64,000 bases of DNA from Octopus vulgaris (Eukaryota). The notes below the pieces were generated by a model, which saw only the letters and a list, made by a program, of their open reading frames with translations, was not told where the DNA came from and ran no database searches. Positions within the stretch are counted from its first letter, which is position 1. Each line of letters opens with the position of its first letter. The stretch lies in assembly GCA_951406725.2 (NCBI GenBank), contig OX597815.1:187426001-187490000 (forward strand), written 5' to 3'. Shown one piece after another: positions 24,746 to 36,726 of the stretch. The translations under genes were made by a program, and so were the position numbers.

Positions 24746-25005
24746 AAAAATAATACAGAAAAATATAGTAATCATCATATAATCATTTATGTAAAACAAA
24801 TGTATATTTTATAAATTTATTTAACATAACAATAAGTACACTTGAAAGTTAATACTTGAGGAGAGATGGAATCAATAGCAGCTGGGCCATCAATATCATA
24901 AACTGACTGAGCAGCTGCAGCAGTGTTTCAATGAATCCAAGTGACAGATGAGTTGCATTTCAGGTATTTACCTTACCAATGCTACTTTCAAATTGTGAGT
25001 TCCTG

Positions 25006-25231
25006 TAACCCGTTAGTGTTCAGATTATTCTGTCAATTGTAATGCTTATTTATTCACATTGTTTTGAATTTATTCTGCATTATTTTGTAACCTGGAGATT
25101 TCAATGATGTGGTCGTTTACTTTCAAAATGACATTTTAGGGTAAGTGTGAGACCCCACATCTGGCTGGTTTGAACATAAAGCAAATAGAATATTTTGTCT
25201 GGATATGACTAGTTTAAATGCTAATGGGTTA
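25006..25231. mobile_element. MITE family E, followed by a short 20-bp tandem of its end
   Basis: taacccgttagtgttcagatt ... aaatgctaatgggtta, then taatgggttatggcttattt repeated to ~25270. Confidence 0.8.
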
Positions 25232-25884
25232 TGGCTTATTTAATGGGTTATGGCTTATTTAATGGGTTAAGGCTGATATTATCAATATCTGAGGATATGG
25301 ATAATACTACTGAATGTCACTTATTTACTAGTCAATGAAAAATTTGAAGTTATCAAGTGATTCCCATACAACAAAGAGTTTTAGTTTCTTGGGCATCGGT
25401 TCATCTTTCTCATTCTTACCATTACTGCTGTCATCAATGAGAATTTCATTTAACATTTGGTATCCGGAGTCATCTTCACAATTTTTTTGATATTGTCTTC
25501 CATGATGTGTTTCACCTACCCTCTAAAACATATGATTAAAATCCCTAAATCAGGAATCTTAAATCATTGTACTGCCATCTTATACAAAAGTTTTTCCAAG
25601 TATTGGTTTAAGTGATATTCTTGACTGCTTTCCATGAAGCTGTTGCAGACTTAGGGTTGTAGTTCCTGATATTACTGAGAGTTCATTTCTTTGTGTGTCT
25701 TCCTTTAGAATGGTTTGTATGACTATGAGAACTTCATCCAGATATCTTCATTATATAATCACTAGGATCATTAAAGGATAAAACACTTTGGCACTTCTTC
25801 CTCAAGATTTGTATCATTTGTAACTCTCAAACATTCCCTTGTACCAATGGATAATTTAGAATCTGACAAATGAAGAGAGTCCAT

Positions 25885-26326
25885 GGCTCGCAGGATGGCC
25901 TGCTGTGCTAACCTTGGATCATAGAGTGACCCGCTGTTCTCGAGGAGACCTATTGAGTCAAGTATATTAACATCAAAATGAAAATCAAATGGAAATTGTA
26001 GTTAAGATACATGTGCCGGTGACATGTTAAAAGCACCATCCAAATGTGATAGATGCCAGCGCCGCCTGACTGGCATCCGTGTCGGTGACACGTAAAAGCA
26101 CCAACCGATCATGGCCGTTTGCCAGCATTATATGGCCCCTGTGCTGGTGGCACGTAAAAAGCACCCACTACACTCACGGAGTGGTTGGCGTTAGGAAGAG
26201 CATCCATCTGTAGAAATACTGCCAGATCAGACTGGTGCCTGGTGCAGCCTCTTGGCTTCCTAGACCCCGGTCGAACCATCCAACCCATACCAGCATGGAA
26301 AACGGACGTTAAACGATGATGATGAT
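25885..26326 (+). mobile_element. Element family C, copy with the longest 5' extension in the window
   Basis: GC-rich 5' segment, internal modules and a ggacgttaaac(gat)n tail. Confidence 0.88.
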
Positions 26327-26446
26327 TTTCATCTTTTTCATTGTATATATTTGAAATTGATTGCATTTACACTCTTTACAAATGCTTGCTATGAATGCTC
26401 TGTCTCCGGATTATTGGTTACAGTTTCTGCTTACAGATAGGTTTAA

Positions 26447-27517
26447 CCCTTTCGTTACCAAACCGCCCAAAACCGCCCGAAAAAAATTTTGGTTTATGAG
26501 ACCAAACCGCCCAAAGCCGCCCGAATTTACCTATTCATATTTAAATGAGAATATCAGAGCAAATCTCTTCAGTACATTCGTGAAAACACGTATTATACTT
26601 TGTAAACAGTTCAACTACAGTTTTGTACAATAATCGAAGTGTAATTTTAATTCCGTGAATTTTGGGAGATTTTTTTCCGAAATTTGTTCCTATTGTGTTT
26701 TCAAAATTTGTAATTCTGACAAAAAATGGATACGAATTTCATTATATCAAGCAGCGAGTCAGAATTCGAAGGATTTTCTACTGAAGACCTTCATAAATCT
26801 AACTCTATGACTGAAAAAAAAAGCATGTGGTATTTGATAATGAATCTGATGTTTCATTTTCCGAAAGTGAAAACAGTGAATCTGAGATCTCCGATAGCGA
26901 TAAAGAAAACGAATTGGCACCTGAATGGAGTGAAAATTTAAAAACTGTTTCTTTCGGTGATTTTTCTGAAGAAACTGGACCAAGCCACAGACTTTCCCTT
27001 AGACTATTTCTATTTACTTTTTCGAATGAGCCTATTTGAAATCATTACGGCAGAAACGAACCGTTACACTAAACGTAAACAAAGCGAAAGAAAGGATAGT
27101 TTGTGGTTTCCCACAACCTTAAATGAAATTAAGACTATTTTGCCATAAATATTATTATGGGTATCAGAAAGTTACTCAGAATAACAAATTCTATCGTAAA
27201 ATTTTGTTGTATACCCAATTGAATATTAGCTAATAACCCATTTTCTATAGCGATGTTTGAACAAAATTTTAATAATTTTATATTTTGTGGAATTTACCTG
27301 TATCTACCTTCAATTAGAGTCACTTTGTGACAAAAATTATAGTATAGAATTGGTTGAGAATATTTCATTAAATTATCTTCCAAAAATCAGATTAATATAT
27401 CGATAAATAAAAAAGTTATAGTTGTTTAATGAAACCAGACTAAATTTATGATTACGTTAGAAATTAATTGAAACACATAAGGGGTGTATTTTGGTCAGAA
27501 ATATAGTAACGAAAGGG
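26447..27517 (+). mobile_element. Internally deleted piggyBac transposon with a frameshifted transposase N-terminus
   Basis: TTAA TSD at 26443 and 27518. Perfect 12-bp TIR ccctttcgttac/gtaacgaaaggg. Overlapping ORFs 26726-27148 join into an acidic leader (SSSESEFEGF...DNESDVSFSESENSESEISDSD) plus PLDYFYLLF...IITAETNRY...WFPTTLNEIK, typical of the start of the piggyBac DDE_Tnp_1_7 region. The catalytic core is absent. Confidence 0.92.
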
Positions 27518-28316
27518 TTAAATGCTTCTTCTTTGGACCATTTCTTTCCTTTGAAGCCATATTCTGAAGTACAATATTGAAAGATAGCTAATTGTTAAAA
27601 TATCAATGAAAATTGCATGGCAACACAAGCTGTATTGTGTTACATTTGGGGATTACTGTCACTGGTCTGTTCTAAGTATTACTCAAGAATGAATATACAA
27701 AGTTTGTGTTGCTTCAGTTTAATTTAATCTTTGTTTCTGAGTGTGCGTTTGAAAATAAATTGCAGCATGATTGTATCAAACTGCAAGAACAGAATTAGTA
27801 TGAAGAAAATAATTTCCAATTAATAATTTATTGATGAATTTGTACATAAGTATAGTTTATTAGAGGGAAAATGAGAAAGTGAATAAGAAAGTTTTCATAA
27901 GAAAATAACAAGGAAAGGAGGGAGTGAATACATTTGTATTGTAAGGTAAATTAAGATGTCAGTTAGGGAGTGCCAAATATTAAATAAGAAAGGGTGTTTT
28001 TGTTAGTTGTAAGAGTGAATAACAAACAGGATGTGTACTGATGGAATGTCATTCATCTTTAGTCCTTATATTTCTCATTTGCCTAGTATGTCTCATAATA
28101 CAGCGAGTTGTAGGGTGTGCAAAGCTATCTCAGACTTACTTATTTCATATGATTTGAGATTATGTTATTGAACAAGAAGTTTATCCATGATAAATTTATT
28201 ATCTTTTGGTGGCAGTGCTGTACACATTTAGCAAACTTAAAATGTACTCAAGCACTCAAAGAGGATGTTAGAAGTGGTAGTCACTTTCTTAATTCAGATT
28301 CCATATGGTTTATCCA

Positions 28317-28462
28317 ATATTTGGGTTAACTGGGTAAAGTTTAATAATGTTTCACTGCATGATAACCATATTGAGTAATTCAGGGTTATCTGTTTTGCTT
28401 GTTTCAAGCAACCAAATAGTAACACTGACAATTAAACAGAATCAGGTCTTGAATATCCATAT
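28317..28462 (+). repeat. ~145-bp direct duplicate of 31598-31739
   Basis: atatttgggttaactg.gtaaagtttaataatg...aaacagaatcaggtcttgaatatc occurs at both loci. Confidence 0.9.
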
Positions 28463-28521
28463 CTTAGGAGCCAGAGCATTGGACAAAATGCCTTGTGGTA
28501 TTACTCTTCATGTGTCACATT

Positions 28522-29148
28522 TTATCCCTTTAGCATTTAATTTGGCCATATCTGGCCCAAATATTCTATACATTTTATGTTCAAACTGACCAGATCTGGC
28601 CTCTCACACCTACCCTACAATGTCATTCTAAAAATAAACAAGCATAGGCACAGGCGTGGCTGTGTGGTAAGAAGCTTGCTTCCCAACTACATGGTTCTGG
28701 GTTCAGTCCCACTGTGTGGCACCTTCTATATGGCAAGTGTCTTCTATAGCCTCGGGCCAACCAAAGCTTTGTGAGTGGATATGGTAGATGGAAATTGAAA
28801 GAAGCACATCGTATATATATATATATATATATATTGTGTGTCTGTGTTAGTCACCCCACCATCCTTTGACAACTGATGTTGGTGTGTTTATGTCCCTATA
28901 ACTTAGTGGTTAAGCAAAAGAGACTGATAGAATAAGTATTAGGCTTAAAAAGAATAAGTCCTGGGGTTGATTTCTTTGACTAAAGGTGGTGCTCCAGCAT
29001 GGCTATAGTCAAATGACTGAAACAAATAAAAGAGCAATAAATCACATCAATGCAATATTGACGCTACAATAGAATATATGATTGATTCAAAACAGTGTTA
29101 ATAAATACGCATTACGTTTGATAGAATAATCTAAATGCCAAGGGTTTA
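28522..29148. mobile_element. MITE family E interrupted by a SINE A insertion
   Basis: ccctttagcattt start. The body resumes after 29035 and ends aaatgccaagggtttaa. Confidence 0.8.
28645..29034 (+). mobile_element. SINE family A, full length, nested in MITE E
   Basis: From the taggcacaggcgtggctgtgtggtaag head to the gactgaaacaaataaaagag tail. Confidence 0.92.
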
Positions 29149-29792
29149 AGATCAACTTATCTGTGGCATTTTATGCACTTGTACCAAAGATAACAAAGTC
29201 ATGTGGATTCAAAAAATATAATTTTTTTTGTCACAAGCACCATAAATTTCTTGATACCCAAGTTACCATCATGAAAGTGATGCATCACTATTTATTTGTA
29301 AAGCTAGTAATGTTTTCTAGTGGTTGCAATATTTTATTTATGAGTCGTAATATAGAATGAATTGAAAATGACGAACTCTGACTCTGAATAAAAGCTAGTG
29401 AACGGGTGCAAGCACATAAACTATTAATGAATGCAAGCATATCTAAACTGATGATATTCTACTAACAAAAGAAATCAGTTCATTAAAGGGAGTAGGCAAC
29501 TCTACCAAATTAATAAAAAAAAAAACCTCTTTAATTAGATGTATTTACTATCTTGGTCTATTCATTGATGGTTGTTTGCTATTGAATCTCCGTATTAATC
29601 TTCTAAACATTAAATTAGTCAGGTCTAAGCCATTTTATCCAAACTGCTCTATGGGAATTTCTACAACTATGGTTTTCTTTTCATTTTTAATTTACTGGCT
29701 CCTTGTATGATCTGAGGAGCATCTAATGATTTTGAATTTTTCCTAATTATTATTAAGATTTATAGTAAATTAAAAAAATGGAATGAAAATTC

Positions 29793-29828
<36 letters not shown>

Positions 29829-29896
29829 CATGTACCACGTCCTCACGTTGTTTTTTTCTTGTGTTTTTTCATTCTTTGTTTTTGGATTAATTATAA

Positions 29897-29942
<46 letters not shown>

Positions 29943-31139
29943 CACCAAAGTAAGCACATAAATGTGAAACAAGGTGGAGAAAATAGTACTCAAATACCGA
30001 AGGTAGAGTAATATGCTTTATTAATAAAGTGTTTCCTTTAAATCTTACCTACTAAAGAGTACAAATTTGACCTGTGTGATGTTCTTTTTATTGAAACCTT
30101 GGTCCTTTTTGTCAGAAACAATTGTCTAGGATTATAGAATAAAAGTGTAATCCATTTTAACATCTAATCTGCTTCATTTCACTTATTTCATGAAATTTAT
30201 TGAATTTTGTTTAATAAATTAAGTCTTATATTGATCATCTGCTGCTAAAAACATGATGGATGTGTCAGCTCATTACAGCTGTTTCCCATGTAACTTTTAA
30301 TGAAGAATAAGAACATTACATCATTATAAAAGACTGTAATCATCAGATCAGAATATAATTTTTACAGATTGATGGAATATCCCAGGAATGCAGCAGAGAT
30401 GTGTCTGTTGAGGCCGACCGATAAAAAGGGAAATGACCAACAATGTCAGCTGTTAAAATGTAGTTCTTGAGAGAGAGTGTAATGTGATATCTAAGGTCAG
30501 TACATACCAAATACCTGATTCTATTGGAATCCTCATTTTAATTCTTTTATATGTATATATAACTTGGGCTGAATGAATTAGGTTATTTACATGGAAAAAT
30601 GCATGCAAGAGAAATATTCTTAAGATTATAAGTTTGGAAAAGCTCAGGACAAGTTATTGCATCTGGTAAAGTACAGAAGAAAATTTTTATTGAAAATATT
30701 GCAGCTAAGGATAAAATTTGAAATAAAATATTTAGATTTAGAAAATATCAGCATTTATTAGAGCTAAAAATTTTATTACAAGTTATTCTATTTGTTATTA
30801 ATTGTTACTTCTATTAAAAAAAAAAAAACTCGAAATATTTTTTGCACTTTAAAATATCCATTTTTAAAAAATTATTAATTAATAATTAGAAATTTGAAAA
30901 TTAAGTTATAAAAATAATAGTACATAATTAGTACAATAAATAGCATAATACAAAAATTAGTTATGTATTACAGCAAAATCTTCCTATAGCAACAAATTCA
31001 CAGTAAAATTTGCTTGAGTTATTGCCTAAGTCATTGCCAAGTCTTCACATTTTTAGTCTTGACCCAATGCCTATTTTTTGCTTAATAAATTTGCCTACCA
31101 TATACACTATTCTACTTTGCATAAAACTTTAGCTATATT

Positions 31140-31370
31140 GGCAGCGAGCTGGCAGAAACGTTAGCACGCCGGACGAAATGCGTAGCCGTATTTCGTCTGC
31201 CGCTACATACTGAGTTCAAATTCTGCCGAGGTCGACTTAGCCTTTCATCCTTTCGGGGTCGATAAATTAAGTACCAGTTATGCACTGGGATCGATGTAAT
31301 CGACTTGATCCATTTGTCTGTCCTTGTTTGTCCCTTCTGTGTTTAGCCCCTTGTGGGTAGTAAAGAAATA
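31140..31370 (+). mobile_element. SINE family B1 (tRNA-like head, Meta-domain-like core)
   Basis: ggcagcgagctggcagaaacgttagc...gagttcaaattc head; gtcgacttagcctttcatcctttcggggtcgataaattaagtacc core, which resembles the MetaSINE/Sauria central domain; tail ccccttgtgggtagtaaagaaata. Confidence 0.92.
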
Positions 31371-32309
31371 TATATTGGTTCTTCTGGCTCTCATTTGTTA
31401 AGTATTCTAGTATATCAATATTTTAACAAAAGGATGGTACCGTTTTTAATTATAATGTTATTTTGTAAATTAAAATCAAATAATTTTTAATATTCAAATT
31501 TTATCCTTAGCTGCGATATAAAATTTTCTTGTTCTGTACTTTACCAGATGTAATAAGCTGTCCTGAACATTTCCAAGCTAACTTATATTTATTAAATATA
31601 TTTGGGTTAACTGAGTAAAGTTTAATAATGTTACATTGCATGATAACCATATCAGGTCAGGGTTATCTGTTTTGCTTGTTTCAAGCAACCAAATAGTAAC
31701 ACTGACAATTAAACAGAATCAGGTCTTGAATATCTATATATTATTTCTCTTGCTCGCATTTTTCCATGTAATCTATGTTTTTTTCCAGGCTATACTATTA
31801 TGCTGATTAATAATGTGTCAAATATGTCAATTAGTAGTTTCGTTGATAATTTTTTTTTTTACCTCAATGATGCCGGGGACATATATTAAAAGTCCTCTTT
31901 AAGAACTATATCCATAAAAAAGTGTAGAACTATATTATCACCCTCAAATTTGAGAAACATAATTTTTTTCTTTTAAAACTTCATTGCAAGAGATTGATAC
32001 CATGAAATTCCTCGAATTGAGCTTTGTCATTTAAGCTTAATTAAAATATAGTTTGTTTTTAAAATAAAAAAGTTAATTATACTGAAATCCAATTTTTTGC
32101 CTTATTTATATTGTTTTCATGATATTTTACCTCACAAATTTTTTGATATAAATTTTTGTTGCATGGGATCAAACCTATGAAATTCTTAATGCTTTCTTCT
32201 ATCATTGAAGCTTAGATAGATATATTTTGCTTTTAAAATAAATAAATTATTTAGATCTAAACTTGATTGTAGGCGTTACTTATACTCTTATAATGTTGCC
32301 ACAAATTTC

Positions 32310-32660
32310 ACTGTGTGGCACTTTGTGTAAATGTCTACTATATCCTTAGGCTGATCAAAGCCTTGTGAGTAAGTGTTGCTGATGGAAACTGAAAGAAACC
32401 CATGGTATGTGTATATATATGTGTGTTTGTGCTTCATCTTGACATCACGTGATAGTTGTAAACGAGTGTCACCATCATACAAGCTGGGTCATTTGTTTCC
32501 AATCTTTCATGAAAACATGTTTGATTGCAGGGAAATATTTCTTTGCTTGGAAACGAGTGTTGGTGACAGGAAAGGCATCTGGCCATTGGAAATTTTAGGA
32601 AGTTCCTTTTGGCCTATGCATGCACAGAAAAGTAAATGTTAAAACAATAATGATGATAAA
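32310..32660 (+). mobile_element. Old SINE with a family A 5' half and a family C-like 3' end
   Basis: ccactgtgtggcac...gatggaaactgaaagaa (A-like), then ggtgacaggaaaggcatctggcc...gttaaaacaataatgatgat (C-like). A related minus-strand copy lies near 57875-58160. Confidence 0.65.
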
Positions 32661-34284
32661 TATCCATTTGAATGTGATTATTGATATTTAACGCTTAGTG
32701 TTATTTCTGTTCTGAATGATAAAGCTTAATTTTTATTATAGAACTTCACATTATTTCTTTGTAATTTCTTATGAAGTTTACTTGCTAAACTAGATATATA
32801 TTTCAAACTTTTGCTTTTGTCTGCAAGCATAAATCGATGCTGATATGTTACCTAAACACCAATATTAAATTGACTCATCACTGCACTCCACCTTTGAAAG
32901 TTTAATCAGTTTGGATTTCAGAATTACCTCTCTTGTTTTCTTGATAAGAATTACTATTAACCATAATGATTTTACTCTTCATTATGGGTGTAATTTCATC
33001 TAAATTTGAACAAAATTTGTTCACTACATTGTTAACTTTCAACTCATGTATTCTATTGAAATTCTGAATTAATAATGGAGTACGAGTCAAGAGGACATAA
33101 GAAGCATTAAACTAAAAATTTCAGAGTATTGATTTTAAAGTATATCTCATCATATTGAAAATAGTCTTGTGTGTATGTAAAGGTGGTAGTTTATTTAAAA
33201 TATCTGAAGCATAAGAAGAGAATAAATTTCTAAATTTCTTTCATATGTCTTACTGATGTGTGAAATGGTGAATCTTGTTTATTTTAAAATGAGTTAGAAA
33301 TGAAGTTTTAAATAGCGTTGTTGATCATTCTTTTGTAGTTATTGCTGCGTGTTGTTTCAATTTTCACTTTGATTAATAACCATTTAAGTAGAATGTAATA
33401 TTGTCTCTAAGAATCCAGGAAAAATAGTTAAAAAGTCATCGGCTTTCAACTTGGTTAATGTTTTTGTTTATTGATTTATTTCAATTTTTGAATACAATGC
33501 AATTTTTTTTACACCTGTTTAATGTAATATTATATAAATTGTGTTGTCATTGTGTACAAGTCGTATATTATCAGTTAATAAGTGACTTAAAATATTCTTT
33601 GTCTTATTACTGCAATTATTTATGTCACTTTAGTGAAAAATGATGTTTACCTGTAAGTTTTTGCTGTGTACTTTATTCTATCTTCTGATTTTCATCTTCA
33701 ACAGTTGAATGTCCTAATTAAATTCTCTAGTATTTCAATAAGTTAAAATATTAGTTTTTCTCTTCTTATAGATACAAAAAAAAAACAGAAAAAAAAGCAT
33801 AATGAGCCTTTCTAAAAAAACAAAAACAAAAAACATTAAAATAATGAATCTATTAATTGCTATTGAAGTCTCTAGTAATTAGCAGCAGATGTGAACATTT
33901 AACTCAAAAGAGGTTTCCAGTAATCATATATGTATCCTACATTTCAAAGTAATTTATAATTTCAAATATTGCATCAATTATTTTCTGCATTTTATTAAGA
34001 ACAAAATATTCCTGATGTAAAGGAAGTCAAGAAGACAATAGTCATGATGTTTGATGTGTAATCTCTTTGCATTCCTTTGCATAGTCAGAAAATATATTTG
34101 TTTCAATATTAGCCGAAGAGTTAAAGAAAGAAAGTTGATATTTTCTTAGAACATATCTTTAAGAAGTTTGCTTTGCAGGTACATGGTTCTGGGTTTGATC
34201 CCACAATGCCATGTCTGTGACTGAAGCAGCTTCAAATTGACTAATGCCTTATGAGTGGATTTTCGTTGTCAGGAATATATATAT

Positions 34285-34822
34285 CTTTTATCTTTTACTT
34301 GTTTAAGTCATTACACTGCAGCCATGCTGGAGCACTGTCTCAAGGTATTTTAAGCAAAATGAACCAACTCCACTACTTATTGTTTTTTTTTAAGTCTGGT
34401 ATTTATTCTGTCTCTCTCTTGATTTATGGGGATGTAAGCATGCCCACAGCAGTTGTCAAGTGGTGGTGAGACACACACAGACAAACAGAGACAGACACAC
34501 AGAGACAGACATGGAGAGACAGACATGGAGAGACAGACACGGAGAGACAGACACGGAAAGACAGACACGGAAAGACAGACACGGAAAGACAGACACGGAA
34601 AGACAGACACGGAGAGACACAGACAAGGAGAGATACAGACACAGAGACAACACACACACAGAGACAACACACAGACAGACACACACACAGGCACATACAG
34701 ACAGACACACACACAGATGCACACACAATGTACAGAGACACATACATACACAGACACATACACACACATACATACACATACTCACACACATGACAGGCTT
34801 CTTTCAGTTTCCATATACCAAA
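34285..34822 (-). mobile_element. SINE family A with a greatly expanded internal microsatellite
   Basis: Family A flanks surround 34470-34790, which holds (GACA/CA)n and a 14-bp agacagacacggaa unit. Confidence 0.85.
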
Positions 34823-36289
34823 TATATATATATATATATATATGCTCAATATTTGAATGTAAAATACATTACAAAAAATTGTAAAAGTATTTTTGTAACT
34901 TTATTCATGTAAACGATTTCAATTTTTAGTGTACATGGTGTACCTGTAGCTTGCTAAGATTATTGAATGTAGATCATCATATAGATAATATTCTAATAAC
35001 TTACTTTAAAAAACATTTTTTTGTTTTTATTTAGTAATCATTTGGACATTCTAGTTTTAATACTTTGTGAAATATTAGAGAGTAAACAATTAAAAAAACA
35101 AACTAATACCATGAATCAAAAGTCTCTGATTCTCTAATATTTTTTGGTGGTTGAATAAGAAACAGAATTGTGGCTATTAAAAAAGATTTTTTGTCTTTAG
35201 TATTTCACTACAAAATCTTCCAAATAATTTCCTATTTCTAATACCTCCCATTGTACATAAGATCAAGAATTTTATTAGATTGTAGATTTCCAGTTTTTCA
35301 ATATTTAGAAAGGACTACAGTTATGACAAACTAACAAAACATTTCAGTTTCTTGTATCAGCATTTAAAACCTGAATGTAATTTCACTTATTTTCAGCAAA
35401 AGGTCAGTTATTGACCTTGATCTTCCTGAATCTTTTTTGATCTTTGATTTTCCTGGTATTGTCTTGACAAAATTATCTGCCTGTGGGTAATTCTCGCTGT
35501 CATTGTTTAACTGGTTTGAAAGCTTTCTGACAAGACATTACATTCAAGCTTGTCAGCACCATCCATCTTAACCCTATCAATTTACTCTGCCTGACTCATG
35601 TGGTGCCACATGTTTACGTGTGAACTGGGATTGTGTGGCAGATATGTGAGCATTAAACAGTGCATAGTTGAGTTTAGTAAGAGGTTTACTGCTCTGAGGA
35701 TAAAGCATATTTTTGCTCTGAAGTTAATAAAATGTAGTCTTTGTGTTAGATACAGTTTTGATAAAAAAAGTGCATGGCTTGCACAAATGATTAGGCCAAG
35801 AATTTGTGTAAATAATGTAAATATTCAATCTGTTTGATTTTCATAAGTGAAACAAAAATAGAATTCATAATTTTTTTCTATCAGAGTTGTTCTTTCCACA
35901 TTGCTGAAGGAAAAACTGTAATTTTCATTATAAGATACTTTAAACTTTCCCACTTAGAGAATATGTGGAAGTCTATAAAGTGACTTTGGTGGTTGATGCC
36001 TGACTATTTAGAGTAAGGAAGGAATGTAGAATGCTAGTGTTATGAATTTAGGAGTGAAAGAGATGAAACTGCAGACAACAAGAGAGAAAAAAAGAATGGA
36101 AGAGAACAGTTTTAGTTTGTCTTCTTTCTCACAACCTACTCAGTATCTATAGTCACTAGCTTTTTGATGTTGACTAAATTAAATAGATTCACACAACTTA
36201 ACTATCTACTTTGTTGACTTACCCATTACTAGAGTTATGTTGCCCCAACATTTCAATGGCAAACTGATATCTGCAAATACTTTTTTTTT

Positions 36290-36726
36290 TTTACTTTTTA
36301 CTTGTTTCAGTCATGTGACTGTGGCCATGCTGGAGCACTGCCTTTAGTCGAGCAAATCGACCTCAGGACTTATTCTTTGTAAGCCTAGTACTTATTCTAT
36401 CGGTCTCTGTATTGCCAAACCGCTAAGTTACGGGGATGTAAACACACCAGCATCGGTTGTCAAGCGATGTTGGGGGGACAAATGCAGACACACAAACATA
36501 TACACACATACATACATACATACATATATATAGATATATATATATATATATACATATATACGACGGGCTTCTTTCAGTTTCCGTCTACCAAATCCACTCA
36601 CAAGGCTTTGGTCGACCCGAGGCTATAGTAGAAGACACTTGCTCAAGGTGCCATGCAATGGGACTGAACCTCGGAACCATGTGGTTGATAAGCAAGCTAC
36701 TTACCACACAGCCACTCCTGCGCCTA
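36290..36726 (-). mobile_element. SINE family A, full length, young
   Basis: Retains many CpGs and the complete head ggcgcaggagtggctgtgtggtaag. Confidence 0.95.

Noticed and set aside
34377-34912. Overlapping 110-150 aa ORFs on both strands
   Set aside because: They arise from an expanded microsatellite inside a SINE A.
36640-36726. tRNA genes at SINE heads (here and in other A, B and F copies)
   Set aside because: Only A/B-box-like remnants continuous with SINE bodies are present. I could not fold a complete cloverleaf.
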